Shown here: piece by piece, positions 22,622-32,549 of the stretch
Layout of the letters: the number at the start of each line of letters is the position of its first letter
How positions within the stretch are numbered: position 1 is the first letter of the stretch
Origin: Candidatus Kerfeldbacteria bacterium
Lineage (GTDB): Bacteria > Patescibacteriota > Patescibacteriia > SBBC01 > CAIJZX01
Direction of reading: 5' to 3'
Length of the DNA stretch: 64,000 nucleotides
Assembly (NCBI GenBank): GCA_016193315.1
Contig: JACPSJ010000001.1
Location: 727,478 to 791,477 of the forward strand
Notes under the pieces: generated by a model
Seen by the model: only the letters and a program-made list of their open reading frames with translations
The model's database searches: none
Told to the model about the DNA's origin: nothing
Translations under genes and position numbers: made by a program

Positions 22622-23097
22622 GATTGGGCCGCTGGTCCGGTTGACCACCGCTGGCGGAGGGCAATCTTTGCGCTCTGCCACAAGTCGACCGCCCAGATCA
22701 GATTATCGGCCGACCACACAATCCACGCTTCCCGTGTCTTCGGCAACATCCGGCCCCAAGGCCAGAAGTGCGTGCGGATTGCATGCAGGACCGTCGGATG
22801 TTCACCATAGGCGCTAGCCGCCTGCAGAGATATCCGGAAATGGTGCTGATCAGCGTTGACGAAATGCCGACGCTCCGGCATATGGCCATGGTACCAGTCG
22901 TGCAGAAAGCCTGCCCGAGCAGCGATATTGGCGTTGGCGTGAAAGAAAACCGCCAGCCGGTACGATAGTTTCCCGACGGCATAGCAGTGGCTAAACCGAT
23001 CGCGTTTCCAGTGATGATTCCGAGTTTCCCGCAGGCGTTGAATGTCTGGATGGTCCAACAGGTCGGCGATGTATTCTTCGTAAGACTTTATTCTCAC
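22618..23097 (-). CDS. HD-domain metal-dependent phosphohydrolase
   Basis: HCYAV…FLHDWYHG (H…HD motif). Embedded between atpF and atpH. Confidence 0.6.
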   Translation of the reverse strand: MRIKSYEEYIADLLDHPDIQRLRETRNHHWKRDRFSHCYAVGKLSYRLAVFFHANANIAARAGFLHDWYHGHMPERRHFVNADQHHFRISLQAASAYGEHPTVLHAIRTHFWPWGRMLPKTREAWIVWSADNLIWAVDLWQSAKIALRQRWSTGPAAQS

Positions 23098-23105
23098 GGC
23101 GGTGG

Positions 23106-23603
23106 TTATTTCAGCCCCTCGAGCGCACGACGAGAGAACCGACGATCGAGATCTTCATCGAGTTCCTGATCGATCACTTTGCCCGTCGCCTGTACCACCA
23201 GGCTAGCTAGTTCACGCTTGGCTTCGGTCACCAGCTGCGCCTGCTGGCGGGCCAGCTGATCTTTCGTGCGGGCCAGGAGACGCGCTGACTCAGCCTGGGT
23301 TTCAGCCAGTTGTTGCTGACGGAGTGTTTCAGCTTGGCGCTCGGCCTGGTGGACCAGGCGCAAGGCTTCGGTCTTGGCTTCTTCCACGAGACGTTGCTTT
23401 TCTTGTTGCCAGACCTTGAACTCTTCTGCGGACTGCTTGGCCTTGGCTAAGCTATCGGCAATCGCTTGGCGGCGTCGATCGAGGAGATTGATGATCGGCC
23501 GGTAAGCAAACCGCCGCAGGATCCAGAGGACGATGCCAAACGTGATGGTGTTGGCCACCAGCAGCTTCCAGTCGATGCCGAGGGTGCGGATGAGTTCGTC
23601 CAT
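23106..23603 (-). CDS. atpF: F0F1 ATP synthase subunit b
   Basis: N-terminal TM helix, then a long charged coiled coil. 165 aa. Confidence 0.85.
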   Translation of the reverse strand: MDELIRTLGIDWKLLVANTITFGIVLWILRRFAYRPIINLLDRRRQAIADSLAKAKQSAEEFKVWQQEKQRLVEEAKTEALRLVHQAERQAETLRQQQLAETQAESARLLARTKDQLARQQAQLVTEAKRELASLVVQATGKVIDQELDEDLDRRFSRRALEGLK

Positions 23604-23661
23604 AACAGTTCAATGAATGCCGGCTACTAACCTCCTACCTTAAACCTCTCACCTCTACTCC

Positions 23662-23904
<243 letters not shown>

Positions 23905-23936
23905 TCATCAGATGAGTAAGTTCCCATCATCGTCGA

Positions 23937-24683
23937 TTAATGTTCCTCGGCCGTCGCCGCGATTTTGAAAAACACCAGCGTGAGGAGGGCAAAAACGAAG
24001 GCTTGAATCAGGCCGACGAAAATCTCCAGAAAATAGAATGGTACCGGCGCCAGTAACGGGACCAGGCTGGCAATGACGAGCAGCAGCACTTCGCCGGCGA
24101 AAATGTTACCGAATAACCGGAACGAGAACGAGATCATCTTGGTGAACTCGGAAATGAACTCGATCAGGCCAACGAAGGTAAAGATTGGATTCTTGAGATT
24201 CAGAAATTTCTGGCCGTATTTCTTGGCCCCGACCGCCAAGATCCCAACGACCTGAGTTCCGATGACTGAGATCAGGGCGATGGCCAGGGTCATATTGAGA
24301 TCAGCCGACCCGGAGCGGAAGAACGGCACGAACGTTTCCCGACCATGCTCGATTTCCCGCCAGCCAATGGGGCCGAAGAATGGCAACAAACCCAACCAGT
24401 TCATGGTCAGGATGAACAGGAAAATCGTGGCCACGACCGGAAAAAAACGCCGCGTTTGTTGACGATCGTTGGTCACCGAATCGACCAGTCCCAACAGACC
24501 ATCGACCGTGGCTTCGGCCGCCACTTGCCAGCGCGAAGGCACAGCCTGTAGGCGCCGAGTCGCTCGCCGCGCCACGATGGCAATAACCGCCACCGCTGCC
24601 AGAGTGCCGATCATGCTATTGGTGATCGGAAAGCCGAGCACGTGAGCGATCGGTTCAGCCGCGAGTGAGATCGAGAGATTCAT
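23937..24683 (-). CDS. atpB: F0F1 ATP synthase subunit a
   Basis: FRLFGNIFAGEVLL motif. Start placed at MNLSISLAAEP; the upstream extension in the ORF track overlaps atpZ. Confidence 0.85.
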   Translation of the reverse strand: MNLSISLAAEPIAHVLGFPITNSMIGTLAAVAVIAIVARRATRRLQAVPSRWQVAAEATVDGLLGLVDSVTNDRQQTRRFFPVVATIFLFILTMNWLGLLPFFGPIGWREIEHGRETFVPFFRSGSADLNMTLAIALISVIGTQVVGILAVGAKKYGQKFLNLKNPIFTFVGLIEFISEFTKMISFSFRLFGNIFAGEVLLLVIASLVPLLAPVPFYFLEIFVGLIQAFVFALLTLVFFKIAATAEEH

Positions 24684-24958
24684 GGCTTCCGGTCCGAACG
24701 GTTGGAACTTTGTTCGATGTCTTTGAGCAAACGACGAAATTTTCGAATCAGGAGTAAGGTTGTAGCCGCGACGGCAATCGCCATACCGCTCAGCAGCAGC
24801 CACGGCGAGGTGCCCAACGTTCGGTCGGCCAACCGCCCTCCCAGTCCGAACATGACCAGCGGCACGACTATCATCCAACCCAGTTCCCAGGCCAGGTTCA
24901 GCGCCTGCCAGAACGGTGAACGAGCGTCCTTGGTCATGCCGGGGGCGTAGTTATCCAC
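24680..24958 (-). CDS. AtpZ/AtpI-like small membrane protein of ATP synthase operon
   Basis: 92 aa with two TM helices. ATGA overlap with atpB. First gene of the operon. Confidence 0.6.
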   Translation of the reverse strand: MDNYAPGMTKDARSPFWQALNLAWELGWMIVVPLVMFGLGGRLADRTLGTSPWLLLSGMAIAVAATTLLLIRKFRRLLKDIEQSSNRSDRKP

Positions 24959-25424
24959 TTCTCAAGGCGCCTACAGACTACTACTTTTTTGATGATCTTT
25001 CAAGACGGCAAAAAGAATTCCGCTAAGATTAGCCACGGCAGCACTTGACGAGAAACACGTAAAGTCTTACGGTCGTATGGTTTTCCGGTTTCGACCAAGG
25101 AGGGGAGGATCAGTGGTCAGCGATCAGTCCTTTGACTACGAATACGAGGCGATGGATTCCGGCCTCTGGCATCGTTTTGCCCAATCCAGCCTGGACTTCG
25201 TTGTTCTCGCGTTCGGCCCCATGCTACGGGCACTCGATTCGTTGTTCGGCTAAATCTGACGGCCCCTCGGCCGTCTTGTTTTTTGAAGCCGGACGTCGAT
25301 GCCGTGCTTGTGTTTGTGAAAGTCTTGATCGCCGGAGATTCTGATGTACATTGGGTTAAGGATTTAGGATGAAAGACTTCATGCCAGTACTTAACAAAAA
25401 CCTTAACCCTAAATCCTAAACCCA

Positions 25425-26519
25425 CTATTCCACATTCGGCTTCTCCAACACTACCGGCTCTGCTTTTTCTCCGGCCTCAGCGATCTTTAACACGTCTTTG
25501 TCGATGCTCTTGAACTGTTTCAGGGCTGCCTCATAGGTGTTCTGCGTGGTATCGATTTGCTTGCCTAGTCGTTCCATGTACCCTTCGTATGACTGCAAGT
25601 GTTTCGCCAAGACTACAATGTTCTGCCTAATTTCCTTGGCTGATTCTTCAATCTGCAAGGCTCGCAACCCCTGCAAGACGGTCTGCAGATAGGCAAAGAA
25701 TGATGTCGGCGAGACGATGATGACGTGCTTCTCCTTGAAGGCGTAGTCGATCAAGTCGCGCGAGGACACGCCGGTTTGGCCGACTTGGTGGACCAGCAAA
25801 TCATAGTAGATCGCTTCAGCTGGAATGAACATGAAAGCGAAGTCCATGGTGTTTTCGGCCGGACGGATGTATTTTGACGTTTCATCGATCCGGTTCTTGA
25901 GGTCCTGTTTGAACTGCTTTTCGATTCGTTCATGTTCCGACCCAGCCGGCAGCTCGACCAACCGATTATAGTTTTCCAGGGAGAATTTAGCATCGATAGG
26001 AATCACCTTATCTTGAATAAAAATCGCCGCATCAACGATCTCGCCGTCGCGGAATCGGTATTGCAACTTGTAGTGTTTTGGCGGCAGCACGTTTTTTAAA
26101 ACCGTTTCCAGGTAATACTCCCCCAGCACGCCACGCTGTTTTGGATTGTTCAACGTGTCTTGCAGGCGTTTCAGCTGGTCAGCAAAATTCACCACCTGGC
26201 GGTTTGTTTCATCCAGCTTCGTCAACCGTTCGGTGACGTCACGGACGATCTTGGTCGTTTCACCAAACATTCTGGTGCTCTCGCCGAGTTGGGACTGGAT
26301 GGATCTTTGAACCGACTCGGTTTGACGTTCGATGCGCTCGTTCAGCGCCTTGAGGTCCTCTTTCAACAACAAGGCCGCCGGATTGCTCGCCGCCTGGTCT
26401 TTCATGTCTTGTAACAGCTTCGACGTACCGGCCAGTCGCTGGCCCAGGATCACAAACCCAACCACGACCAGTCCCAGGCCAATCAGCAGAATCGTTGTCA
26501 GTGCCGGATCCACAACCAA
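25425..26519 (-). CDS. rmuC: DNA recombination protein RmuC
   Basis: N-terminal TM helix, coiled coil, conserved …QRGVLGEYYLETVLKNVLP… and C-terminal nuclease-like region. Confidence 0.85.
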   Translation of the reverse strand: MVVDPALTTILLIGLGLVVVGFVILGQRLAGTSKLLQDMKDQAASNPAALLLKEDLKALNERIERQTESVQRSIQSQLGESTRMFGETTKIVRDVTERLTKLDETNRQVVNFADQLKRLQDTLNNPKQRGVLGEYYLETVLKNVLPPKHYKLQYRFRDGEIVDAAIFIQDKVIPIDAKFSLENYNRLVELPAGSEHERIEKQFKQDLKNRIDETSKYIRPAENTMDFAFMFIPAEAIYYDLLVHQVGQTGVSSRDLIDYAFKEKHVIIVSPTSFFAYLQTVLQGLRALQIEESAKEIRQNIVVLAKHLQSYEGYMERLGKQIDTTQNTYEAALKQFKSIDKDVLKIAEAGEKAEPVVLEKPNVE

Positions 26520-26632
26520 ACTGTATCAACCCACTCCGCGCTTGACAAGCCGCGTTCGAGCTGGTAGCCTCAGGGGTCGCCGACTCTGAAACTGATTCCG
26601 TTCATTCTCATCCCGCGAAAAAGGAGGTTCGT

Positions 26633-27421
26633 TTGAGTGGAGAGAAGACGAGGAATTTCGGACATCCGGGATTGACGCGGGCTGATCATCGGTTTCCCTG
26701 GAAACTGCACGGCCCGTTCGGTTTCGGGCGGGACTTCCCGGCGCAACTGGAAATCCCCTTCTTGGCCGCCCTGGCCGAGACGGTGGAAGCCGAGCGGTCC
26801 GTCCGCGGGAGGCTCCGACGGTTTGTCCACCGCGCCGCCACCCGGAACCTCTGGCAGCGGGAGGTACACTTGTCGATGGTCCGGGCGAATGCTTCCCCCC
26901 TCACTATCGATCTGGAGACCTTCCAAGCCGGACTGTCCCACCTGATCCCCCGGCTCGTCTACGACGGGCTGACGCTCGAGCATCTGGTCTACCACCCGAC
27001 TCGCCCGGAGTCGTTCCAACCCCGCGGGCGACCGATCGTGATGAAATGGTCCGGGTATCCCCTGGCGCAAGGCGTATTCTTTCACCTGGCGCCGCACCTC
27101 ACCCCGGAAGAATTGGCTCAGCCCGAGACGGCCTGGAACCGTCTGCAGACCTTGGCCCGCTGGAACTTCCAACATGGCTGTCGGCGCCGATTCAAGCGCG
27201 GTGACGCCCGCTACCTGCGCTATCGGATCAATCTGGCGCTCGCCCTGTACGAACGCTGGCTGCGGCTGCAAAGTGACGTCCGGCAGGGGGAAGCTTGGTT
27301 GCCGGAGCAACTGAGAACTTCACCGCCCCACCAAGCGCTGTTCCGTTCCTTTCTGGAAGTCTTCCGTCTGTATCTTCGCATCGATCTTCGCTCCGCGCTG
27401 ACCGATCTACGCTCCAGCTAA
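26633..27421 (+). CDS. hypothetical protein
   Basis: TTG start 5 nt after AAGGAGG (26621-27). 262-aa protein-like composition. Preferred over the antisense 26570..27310 ORF, which is Gly/Pro/Gln-rich. Confidence 0.5.
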   Translation: MSGEKTRNFGHPGLTRADHRFPWKLHGPFGFGRDFPAQLEIPFLAALAETVEAERSVRGRLRRFVHRAATRNLWQREVHLSMVRANASPLTIDLETFQAGLSHLIPRLVYDGLTLEHLVYHPTRPESFQPRGRPIVMKWSGYPLAQGVFFHLAPHLTPEELAQPETAWNRLQTLARWNFQHGCRRRFKRGDARYLRYRINLALALYERWLRLQSDVRQGEAWLPEQLRTSPPHQALFRSFLEVFRLYLRIDLRSALTDLRSS

Positions 27422-27538
27422 CGCTGGGGCTTTTTTCTTCCCGATTACCGCCGAGGGATTCAACAGTTGACAACGTCAAGCCGCCTCGGTAGGGTGTAGT
27501 CGTTTCCGTCTCTCGAATGGAATGGAGGGTTCACGAAC

Positions 27539-27982
27539 ATGTCTGCACTTTCCGAACAGCTCACCACCTTGGCCCTGGTGGTACTCAGCGGCTGGCCAAT
27601 TGTCGCCCTCTACGCCTGGCGATTCGCTCTGGCCTGCCGGCGTCTCCGAGGCCAGCGTTTGGCCACCGGCTGGACTGGGCCCGGGGAGCCGATGATGGAC
27701 GTTATCACCTGGACCCGGGTCGGCAACTGGCTGCTGTCGATCATCCCGATGGTCTGGGTGGGGCGCCTGATGATCGAGCTGCGGCCCGGCTTGAATCCAT
27801 CCTCCGGCTCGGCCTCGGCCACGGCCCAACTAGCCGGCGTGGTCAATCTGCTGCTGCTAGGCCTGGTCGCCGAATGGATCTATGACCACTTCGAACACGA
27901 CTGTGAAGCCCGGCTGGCACGTCTCACGTCGGCGGGTGGATCCGTCCTTCCGGACCGCATCCCCAGCGCCGCGGCTGTCTAG
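27539..27982 (+). CDS. hypothetical membrane protein
   Basis: ATG preceded by GGAGGG. 3-4 predicted TM helices. Confidence 0.5.
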   Translation: MSALSEQLTTLALVVLSGWPIVALYAWRFALACRRLRGQRLATGWTGPGEPMMDVITWTRVGNWLLSIIPMVWVGRLMIELRPGLNPSSGSASATAQLAGVVNLLLLGLVAEWIYDHFEHDCEARLARLTSAGGSVLPDRIPSAAAV

Positions 27983-28785
27983 ACAGCCGTTTTTTTTAAG
28001 CCAAAAAATTGTTCCGCCGCGCGGGTGGTTGCTTCGGCTACCTGCTGATAGGGAATCGCCCTCAACCGAGCGATAGCTTCGGCCACCAATGGTGCGTGTG
28101 CTGGCTCATTCCGCTGCCCCCGATGCGGCACCGGCGCCAAAAACGGGGCGTCGGTCTCGATCATGATTCGTTCGATGGGCGCGCGCCGAGCGACCTCCTG
28201 CATCATCTCGCTCTTGGGGAAAGTCACAATGCCGGTAAACGACAAGTACCCGCCGAGTTCCAGAAACCGCTCGGCGCGCGCCCAGTCCCCGGAGTAACAA
28301 TGCATCACAAACCGCGAAAACTGGTGACGAGCCAACAATGTCAACACCTCGTCGTAGGCATCGAAGACTCCGTGGCGATCGCGGACGTGGACAATGAACG
28401 GCCGCTGACGTTGACTAGCCAACAACAAGTGCTGCTCAAGCACGTCGGCCTGAAGTTGCCTGGCCTCGACGTCATCCGGTGCCAGACGAAAGAAATCAAG
28501 GCCTGATTCACCAATGGCTACGACTTTTTGGTGGTCGAGCATGGCGGCCAGTTCGGCCGGATTTACTTGGTCAAGGTCACCATCAGTCGGATGGACGCCG
28601 ACCGCCGCCCAGACCGGCTGGGTCGGGTATTGTTCGGCCAAACGGATGCCGGCTCGGCTGTCTTCCAGCGTCGTGCCGACGCAGATCAAGCCTATTCCCT
28701 GGTCCAGGGCGCGGCAAATTACGGCGTCGCGGTCAGCATCATACTGCGCCATCTGAGGGTGGCAGTGGGAATCAACCAATTGCAT
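27979..28785 (-). CDS. tatD: TatD family hydrolase
   Basis: VDSHCH N-terminus and TIM-barrel metal-ligand pattern (…VAIGESGLDF…, HVRD, IETDAPFL). Confidence 0.85.
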   Translation of the reverse strand: MQLVDSHCHPQMAQYDADRDAVICRALDQGIGLICVGTTLEDSRAGIRLAEQYPTQPVWAAVGVHPTDGDLDQVNPAELAAMLDHQKVVAIGESGLDFFRLAPDDVEARQLQADVLEQHLLLASQRQRPFIVHVRDRHGVFDAYDEVLTLLARHQFSRFVMHCYSGDWARAERFLELGGYLSFTGIVTFPKSEMMQEVARRAPIERIMIETDAPFLAPVPHRGQRNEPAHAPLVAEAIARLRAIPYQQVAEATTRAAEQFFGLKKTAV

Positions 28786-28788
28786 TTT

Positions 28789-29319
28789 CTACCGCGGCAA
28801 AAACCGGTCAATCGCCTTTTCCGCTCCCTTGAGCGCCGGCGGAAATAATGGCACCAGCCAGGCGGCCACCGTCATCAGCATCTTGGCCCACGATGATTCC
28901 GCGATCGCTTCGCTTAGACGCGGACCAAGCGGCAAGCGGACGGCGTACTGCAGCATGACTCCCAGGAACAGGGCGCCCTCAAGAAAACCAAATGCTGCTC
29001 CGCCCAGTCGGTTGACCAGTTTCATCCCCGGCACGATGGCGACGAGATTGAAAATTCGGTTGACCAAGACAAACAGTAACCCAATCAAGCGGGTGACCAG
29101 TAGAAACAACAAGAAAAAGGCGGCGATCGAGGCCCAAACTTCTTGGCCGGCGAAAACCGGTGTCAGAACCTGACCGAATTGATCGGCGTAGTGAGAGGCC
29201 ACGATGACGCCGACGAGCAACCCCACCACACCGCCGATCGACTGAATCAAACCAGTCCAAAAACCGCCCCAGACGAAGCTGAACAGGGTCAGGAGGAGCA
29301 ACCAGTCGAGCCAGGACAT
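28789..29319 (-). CDS. cvpA: CvpA family membrane protein
   Basis: MSWLDWLLLLTLFSFVWGGFWTGLIQSIGGVVGLLVGV… Four TM helices, 176 aa. Confidence 0.7.
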   Translation of the reverse strand: MSWLDWLLLLTLFSFVWGGFWTGLIQSIGGVVGLLVGVIVASHYADQFGQVLTPVFAGQEVWASIAAFFLLFLLVTRLIGLLFVLVNRIFNLVAIVPGMKLVNRLGGAAFGFLEGALFLGVMLQYAVRLPLGPRLSEAIAESSWAKMLMTVAAWLVPLFPPALKGAEKAIDRFLPR

Positions 29320-29328
29320 ATTTCTACC

Positions 29329-30780
29329 CTACTCTTTGAGCCGTGACTCATCAAGTCGGGGGAATAACGGCTCGGCTTTCTTGACCGGCTCAACAAATAC
29401 TTGCTGGATTTTCATCGATGTTTCAGGTAAGTACGGTGTCAGCAGTTCGGCAATATTCAGAACTCGGCTGGCCAGGTCGTTGAGAAACTCCTTGAGCTTG
29501 TCTAGCTGCCCTTTCGCCGCCAGTGTCCACGGTGCCACGTCATCGATGCGCTTATTTGCATCGGCAATCATGGCCCAAATAATCGCCAGTGCCGCATCGA
29601 ATTTGTATTGACTCGTGTTCCGAGTTACTCCGTCGCTCCGCGACGCGTCTACGAATACAGTATTCTTATCGAATGATCCGCTCACGTACTTCTCCAGCAT
29701 ATTAGTCACCCTCGACACCAAATTCCCCAAGCTATTCGCCAAATCCGACGTATAGGCGGCCTCGAAACGCTCGATCGTGAAATCACTATCCTCAAACGGG
29801 CTGACCTGCCGCAGCAGGTAGTACCGCAGCGCGTCGGTGCCATACCTCTCCGTCAACGAAGACGGATCGACGACATTCCCTAAGGATTTGCTGATTTTTT
29901 GGCCGCCCGACGTAATGAATCCGTGAATGACGATTTGTTTCGACGGTTCAAGGCCGGCGGACAACAGCATTGCCTGCCACATGGCTGCCTGTTGCCGTAG
30001 ATTATCTTTTCCGGCGAACTGTGTGGATGGCCACCACGCAGCGTACTTTTCATTCGGCCAGCCCAACGCTGACACGTAGTTAATCAAGGCGTCGAACCAG
30101 ACGTACATTACGTGCTCGGTATCATCAGGGACCGGCACGCCCCAAGGCAACTTGTCCTTGAGCCGGGAAATGCTGAAGTCTTCCGGGCCTTGTTGAACAA
30201 AATTCCTAACCTCTTTCAAACGGTATCCCGGCACCACAAAATCCGGGCGTTGTTCATAGATGTCCAAAAGCGGCTTACGGTATTTCGAAAAACGGAAAAA
30301 GTAGTTCTCTTCGTCAATCGTTTCCAATTCAAGGTTGGGGTGAATCTGACAGCGACTGTTTTCGTCGAGTTCGGAGTTGGTCTTCTCCAACTCGCACCCA
30401 ACGCAATACTTGATTACGTACGCCTTCTTGTAGATATCGCCGGCGGCGGCACAACGCCGCCAAAACTCCTGGGCGGCAGCGATATGCTTCGGGTCAGTGG
30501 TGCGGAGAAAACTGTCATAACTGAGGTTGAGGGCTTGCCTCAGACGATCAAATTTGGCGGCGTTCTCGTCAACGTAAACTTGCGGATCTTGACCTGCTGC
30601 TTGCGCGGCACGATAGATCTTCAGCCCATGTTCATCGGTGCCGGTATTGAAAAAGACTTCGTCTCCCTGCTGGCGATGCCAACGCGCCATCACGTCGGCC
30701 TGGATGATTTCGAGGGCAAAGCCAATATGTGGCTCGGCGTTGACGTACGGCAGGGTGGTGGTCAAAGACAGCTTAGTCAT
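29329..30780 (-). CDS. metG: methionine--tRNA ligase
   Basis: HIGF(A)-type N-terminus (PYVNAEPHIGFALE), KISKS motif. 483 aa. Confidence 0.9.
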   Translation of the reverse strand: MTKLSLTTTLPYVNAEPHIGFALEIIQADVMARWHRQQGDEVFFNTGTDEHGLKIYRAAQAAGQDPQVYVDENAAKFDRLRQALNLSYDSFLRTTDPKHIAAAQEFWRRCAAAGDIYKKAYVIKYCVGCELEKTNSELDENSRCQIHPNLELETIDEENYFFRFSKYRKPLLDIYEQRPDFVVPGYRLKEVRNFVQQGPEDFSISRLKDKLPWGVPVPDDTEHVMYVWFDALINYVSALGWPNEKYAAWWPSTQFAGKDNLRQQAAMWQAMLLSAGLEPSKQIVIHGFITSGGQKISKSLGNVVDPSSLTERYGTDALRYYLLRQVSPFEDSDFTIERFEAAYTSDLANSLGNLVSRVTNMLEKYVSGSFDKNTVFVDASRSDGVTRNTSQYKFDAALAIIWAMIADANKRIDDVAPWTLAAKGQLDKLKEFLNDLASRVLNIAELLTPYLPETSMKIQQVFVEPVKKAEPLFPRLDESRLKE

Positions 30781-31451
30781 GATCGCGGTCCAACCACCAA
30801 GACAATCTCCCCCCGCACCTCGTCAGGATGATGCTGAAAATGTTGGTGCGCCTCGGCCGCCGTTCCAGACACAACCGATTCATGAATCTTGGTTAATTCC
30901 CGGCAGACAGCGATCCGACGATTCGGCATCATCGTGGCCAACGCCTCGAGGGTCTTCATCAGTCGGTGTGGCGATTCGTACACCACTACCGTTTCTTCGG
31001 TGGCGGCGATTCTCCGAAGCAGCGTCGGCCGACCCTTTTTGTGCGGCAAGAATCCGACAAACCAAAACCGGTCGGCCGGAAAGCCGCTGAGGGCTAAGGC
31101 GGCGGTCAAAGCTGAGGGCCCAGGTACCACCTCAACTGGAATTCCGCGCTCCCGAGCGCCGGCCACCAGCCGACCGCCAGGATCGGCTATCCCCGGCATG
31201 CCGGCGTCAGTCACCACCGCGACCGGCTGCCCCGCCGCGACCCGATCAAGCACCCCTCCCAGATCATCAGGCCGGGAATGCTGATGCAAACTGATCACCG
31301 GTGTTGTCAGGTGGTAGTGGGACAAGAGTTTCCGGGTCACACGCGTGTCTTCGCAAGCGACGAGTGTCACGGTCTGCAATATTCGCTTCGCCCGCTGGCT
31401 AAGATCTTCGAGGTTGCCGATCGGCGTGCCTACCAAGAACAGCCGGCCCAT
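30777..31451 (-). CDS. rsmI: 16S rRNA (cytidine1402-2'-O)-methyltransferase
   Basis: LFLVGTPIGNLEDLSQRA…ACEDTR tetrapyrrole-methylase fold typical of RsmI. 4-nt overlap with metG. Confidence 0.85.
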   Translation of the reverse strand: MGRLFLVGTPIGNLEDLSQRAKRILQTVTLVACEDTRVTRKLLSHYHLTTPVISLHQHSRPDDLGGVLDRVAAGQPVAVVTDAGMPGIADPGGRLVAGARERGIPVEVVPGPSALTAALALSGFPADRFWFVGFLPHKKGRPTLLRRIAATEETVVVYESPHRLMKTLEALATMMPNRRIAVCRELTKIHESVVSGTAAEAHQHFQHHPDEVRGEIVLVVGPRS

Positions 31452-31461
31452 GATGACAGGC

Positions 31462-32508
31462 TTAGGTCTTGGGGGTTTCCAGCCGAGCTTCTTCGACTTT
31501 CTTTTCTTCCAAGAAATCGCCCAAGAAGGTGGTGATGATAATGATCGTCGGTACCGCCAGGATGATGCCGATCAATCCGGCCAGCTTGGCGCCGATCAGG
31601 ATGGCGATGATGACGATCACCGGGTTGAGGCCGGTTGCCCGCGACATGACTTTCGGCACAATCAAGTTGTTCTCCAGCTGTTGAATGACAATGTAGAGAA
31701 TCAGCACCCACAATGCCAGGAGCGGGTCTTGCGACAGGGCCACAATAATGGCCGGAATGGCACCGATGAGCGGACCGACGATCGGTATGAGTTCGGTCAC
31801 TCCGGCAATCAGCGCCAGCACCAGCGCGAATTTTACCTGCAGGAGCGACAGGCCGAGGTAGGTCAGGACGGCGATGATCAGGCCGAGCAGGAGTTGCCCC
31901 CGTAGCCACGAACCAAGACGGTCCTCGATCCGGTTGAACAGCTGGGTCAAATACGGACGGTGCCTGGCCGGGGCCAGATCGACCGCCAATCGCTTCATCC
32001 CCTTTTCTTCCATCGTTAAGTAAAAGGTTAAAACAAGAACGCCGATGAACGACAGTAGACCGCCGAAGAAGCTGAACAACCGCGTGAAAATGCCTTGGGT
32101 GAATTGGCTGAGACCTTGCGTGAGAGACTCGAGTGCGCGTTGGAGTCCGGTCACCGCCGAACTGTCCTGATAGTTCTGAAACAGGGCAAACCCCTTCTCG
32201 TACAGCTGCGGGAAAGCCTTGGTGAATTGGGCCAATTGGTCAACCACGAGCGGCACGAACAAGATGACAATCAGCGACAGCACGGCCACGATGCCGACGT
32301 AGATGATGGCGATCCCGGCCGCGCGGGGGATCCCCCGGCGTTCGAGGCGGGTGATCGAGGGGTCGATGGCCGCCGCCAGTACGAGAGCCACGAAAATGAC
32401 CAGGGCCACGTCGCGCACCACGTAGAGAAACTGAAGAATCAACAGGATGCCAACGATCTTCAGAATCGTCAGAGTCGAGATGTTGACCGTTTGGGTGGGT
32501 TGGGCCAT
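31462..32508 (-). CDS. AI-2E family transporter
   Basis: 348 aa, ~8 TM helices. PerM/YhhT-like pattern. Confidence 0.75.
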   Translation of the reverse strand: MAQPTQTVNISTLTILKIVGILLILQFLYVVRDVALVIFVALVLAAAIDPSITRLERRGIPRAAGIAIIYVGIVAVLSLIVILFVPLVVDQLAQFTKAFPQLYEKGFALFQNYQDSSAVTGLQRALESLTQGLSQFTQGIFTRLFSFFGGLLSFIGVLVLTFYLTMEEKGMKRLAVDLAPARHRPYLTQLFNRIEDRLGSWLRGQLLLGLIIAVLTYLGLSLLQVKFALVLALIAGVTELIPIVGPLIGAIPAIIVALSQDPLLALWVLILYIVIQQLENNLIVPKVMSRATGLNPVIVIIAILIGAKLAGLIGIILAVPTIIIITTFLGDFLEEKKVEEARLETPKT

Positions 32509-32549
32509 GCTCCTAGCCTAGGCTTTTCAGCCGCAAAAAGCAACCGTCG

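Noticed and set aside
26570-27310. 246-aa minus-strand ORF
   Set aside because: It overlaps the plus-strand ORF that has an AAGGAGG RBS and protein-like composition. The minus frame is Gly/Pro/Gln-rich, typical of antisense frames in high-GC DNA.
31345-31909. Plus- and minus-strand ORFs inside the AI-2E transporter and rsmI region
   Set aside because: Nested in or antisense to genes with clear family signatures.
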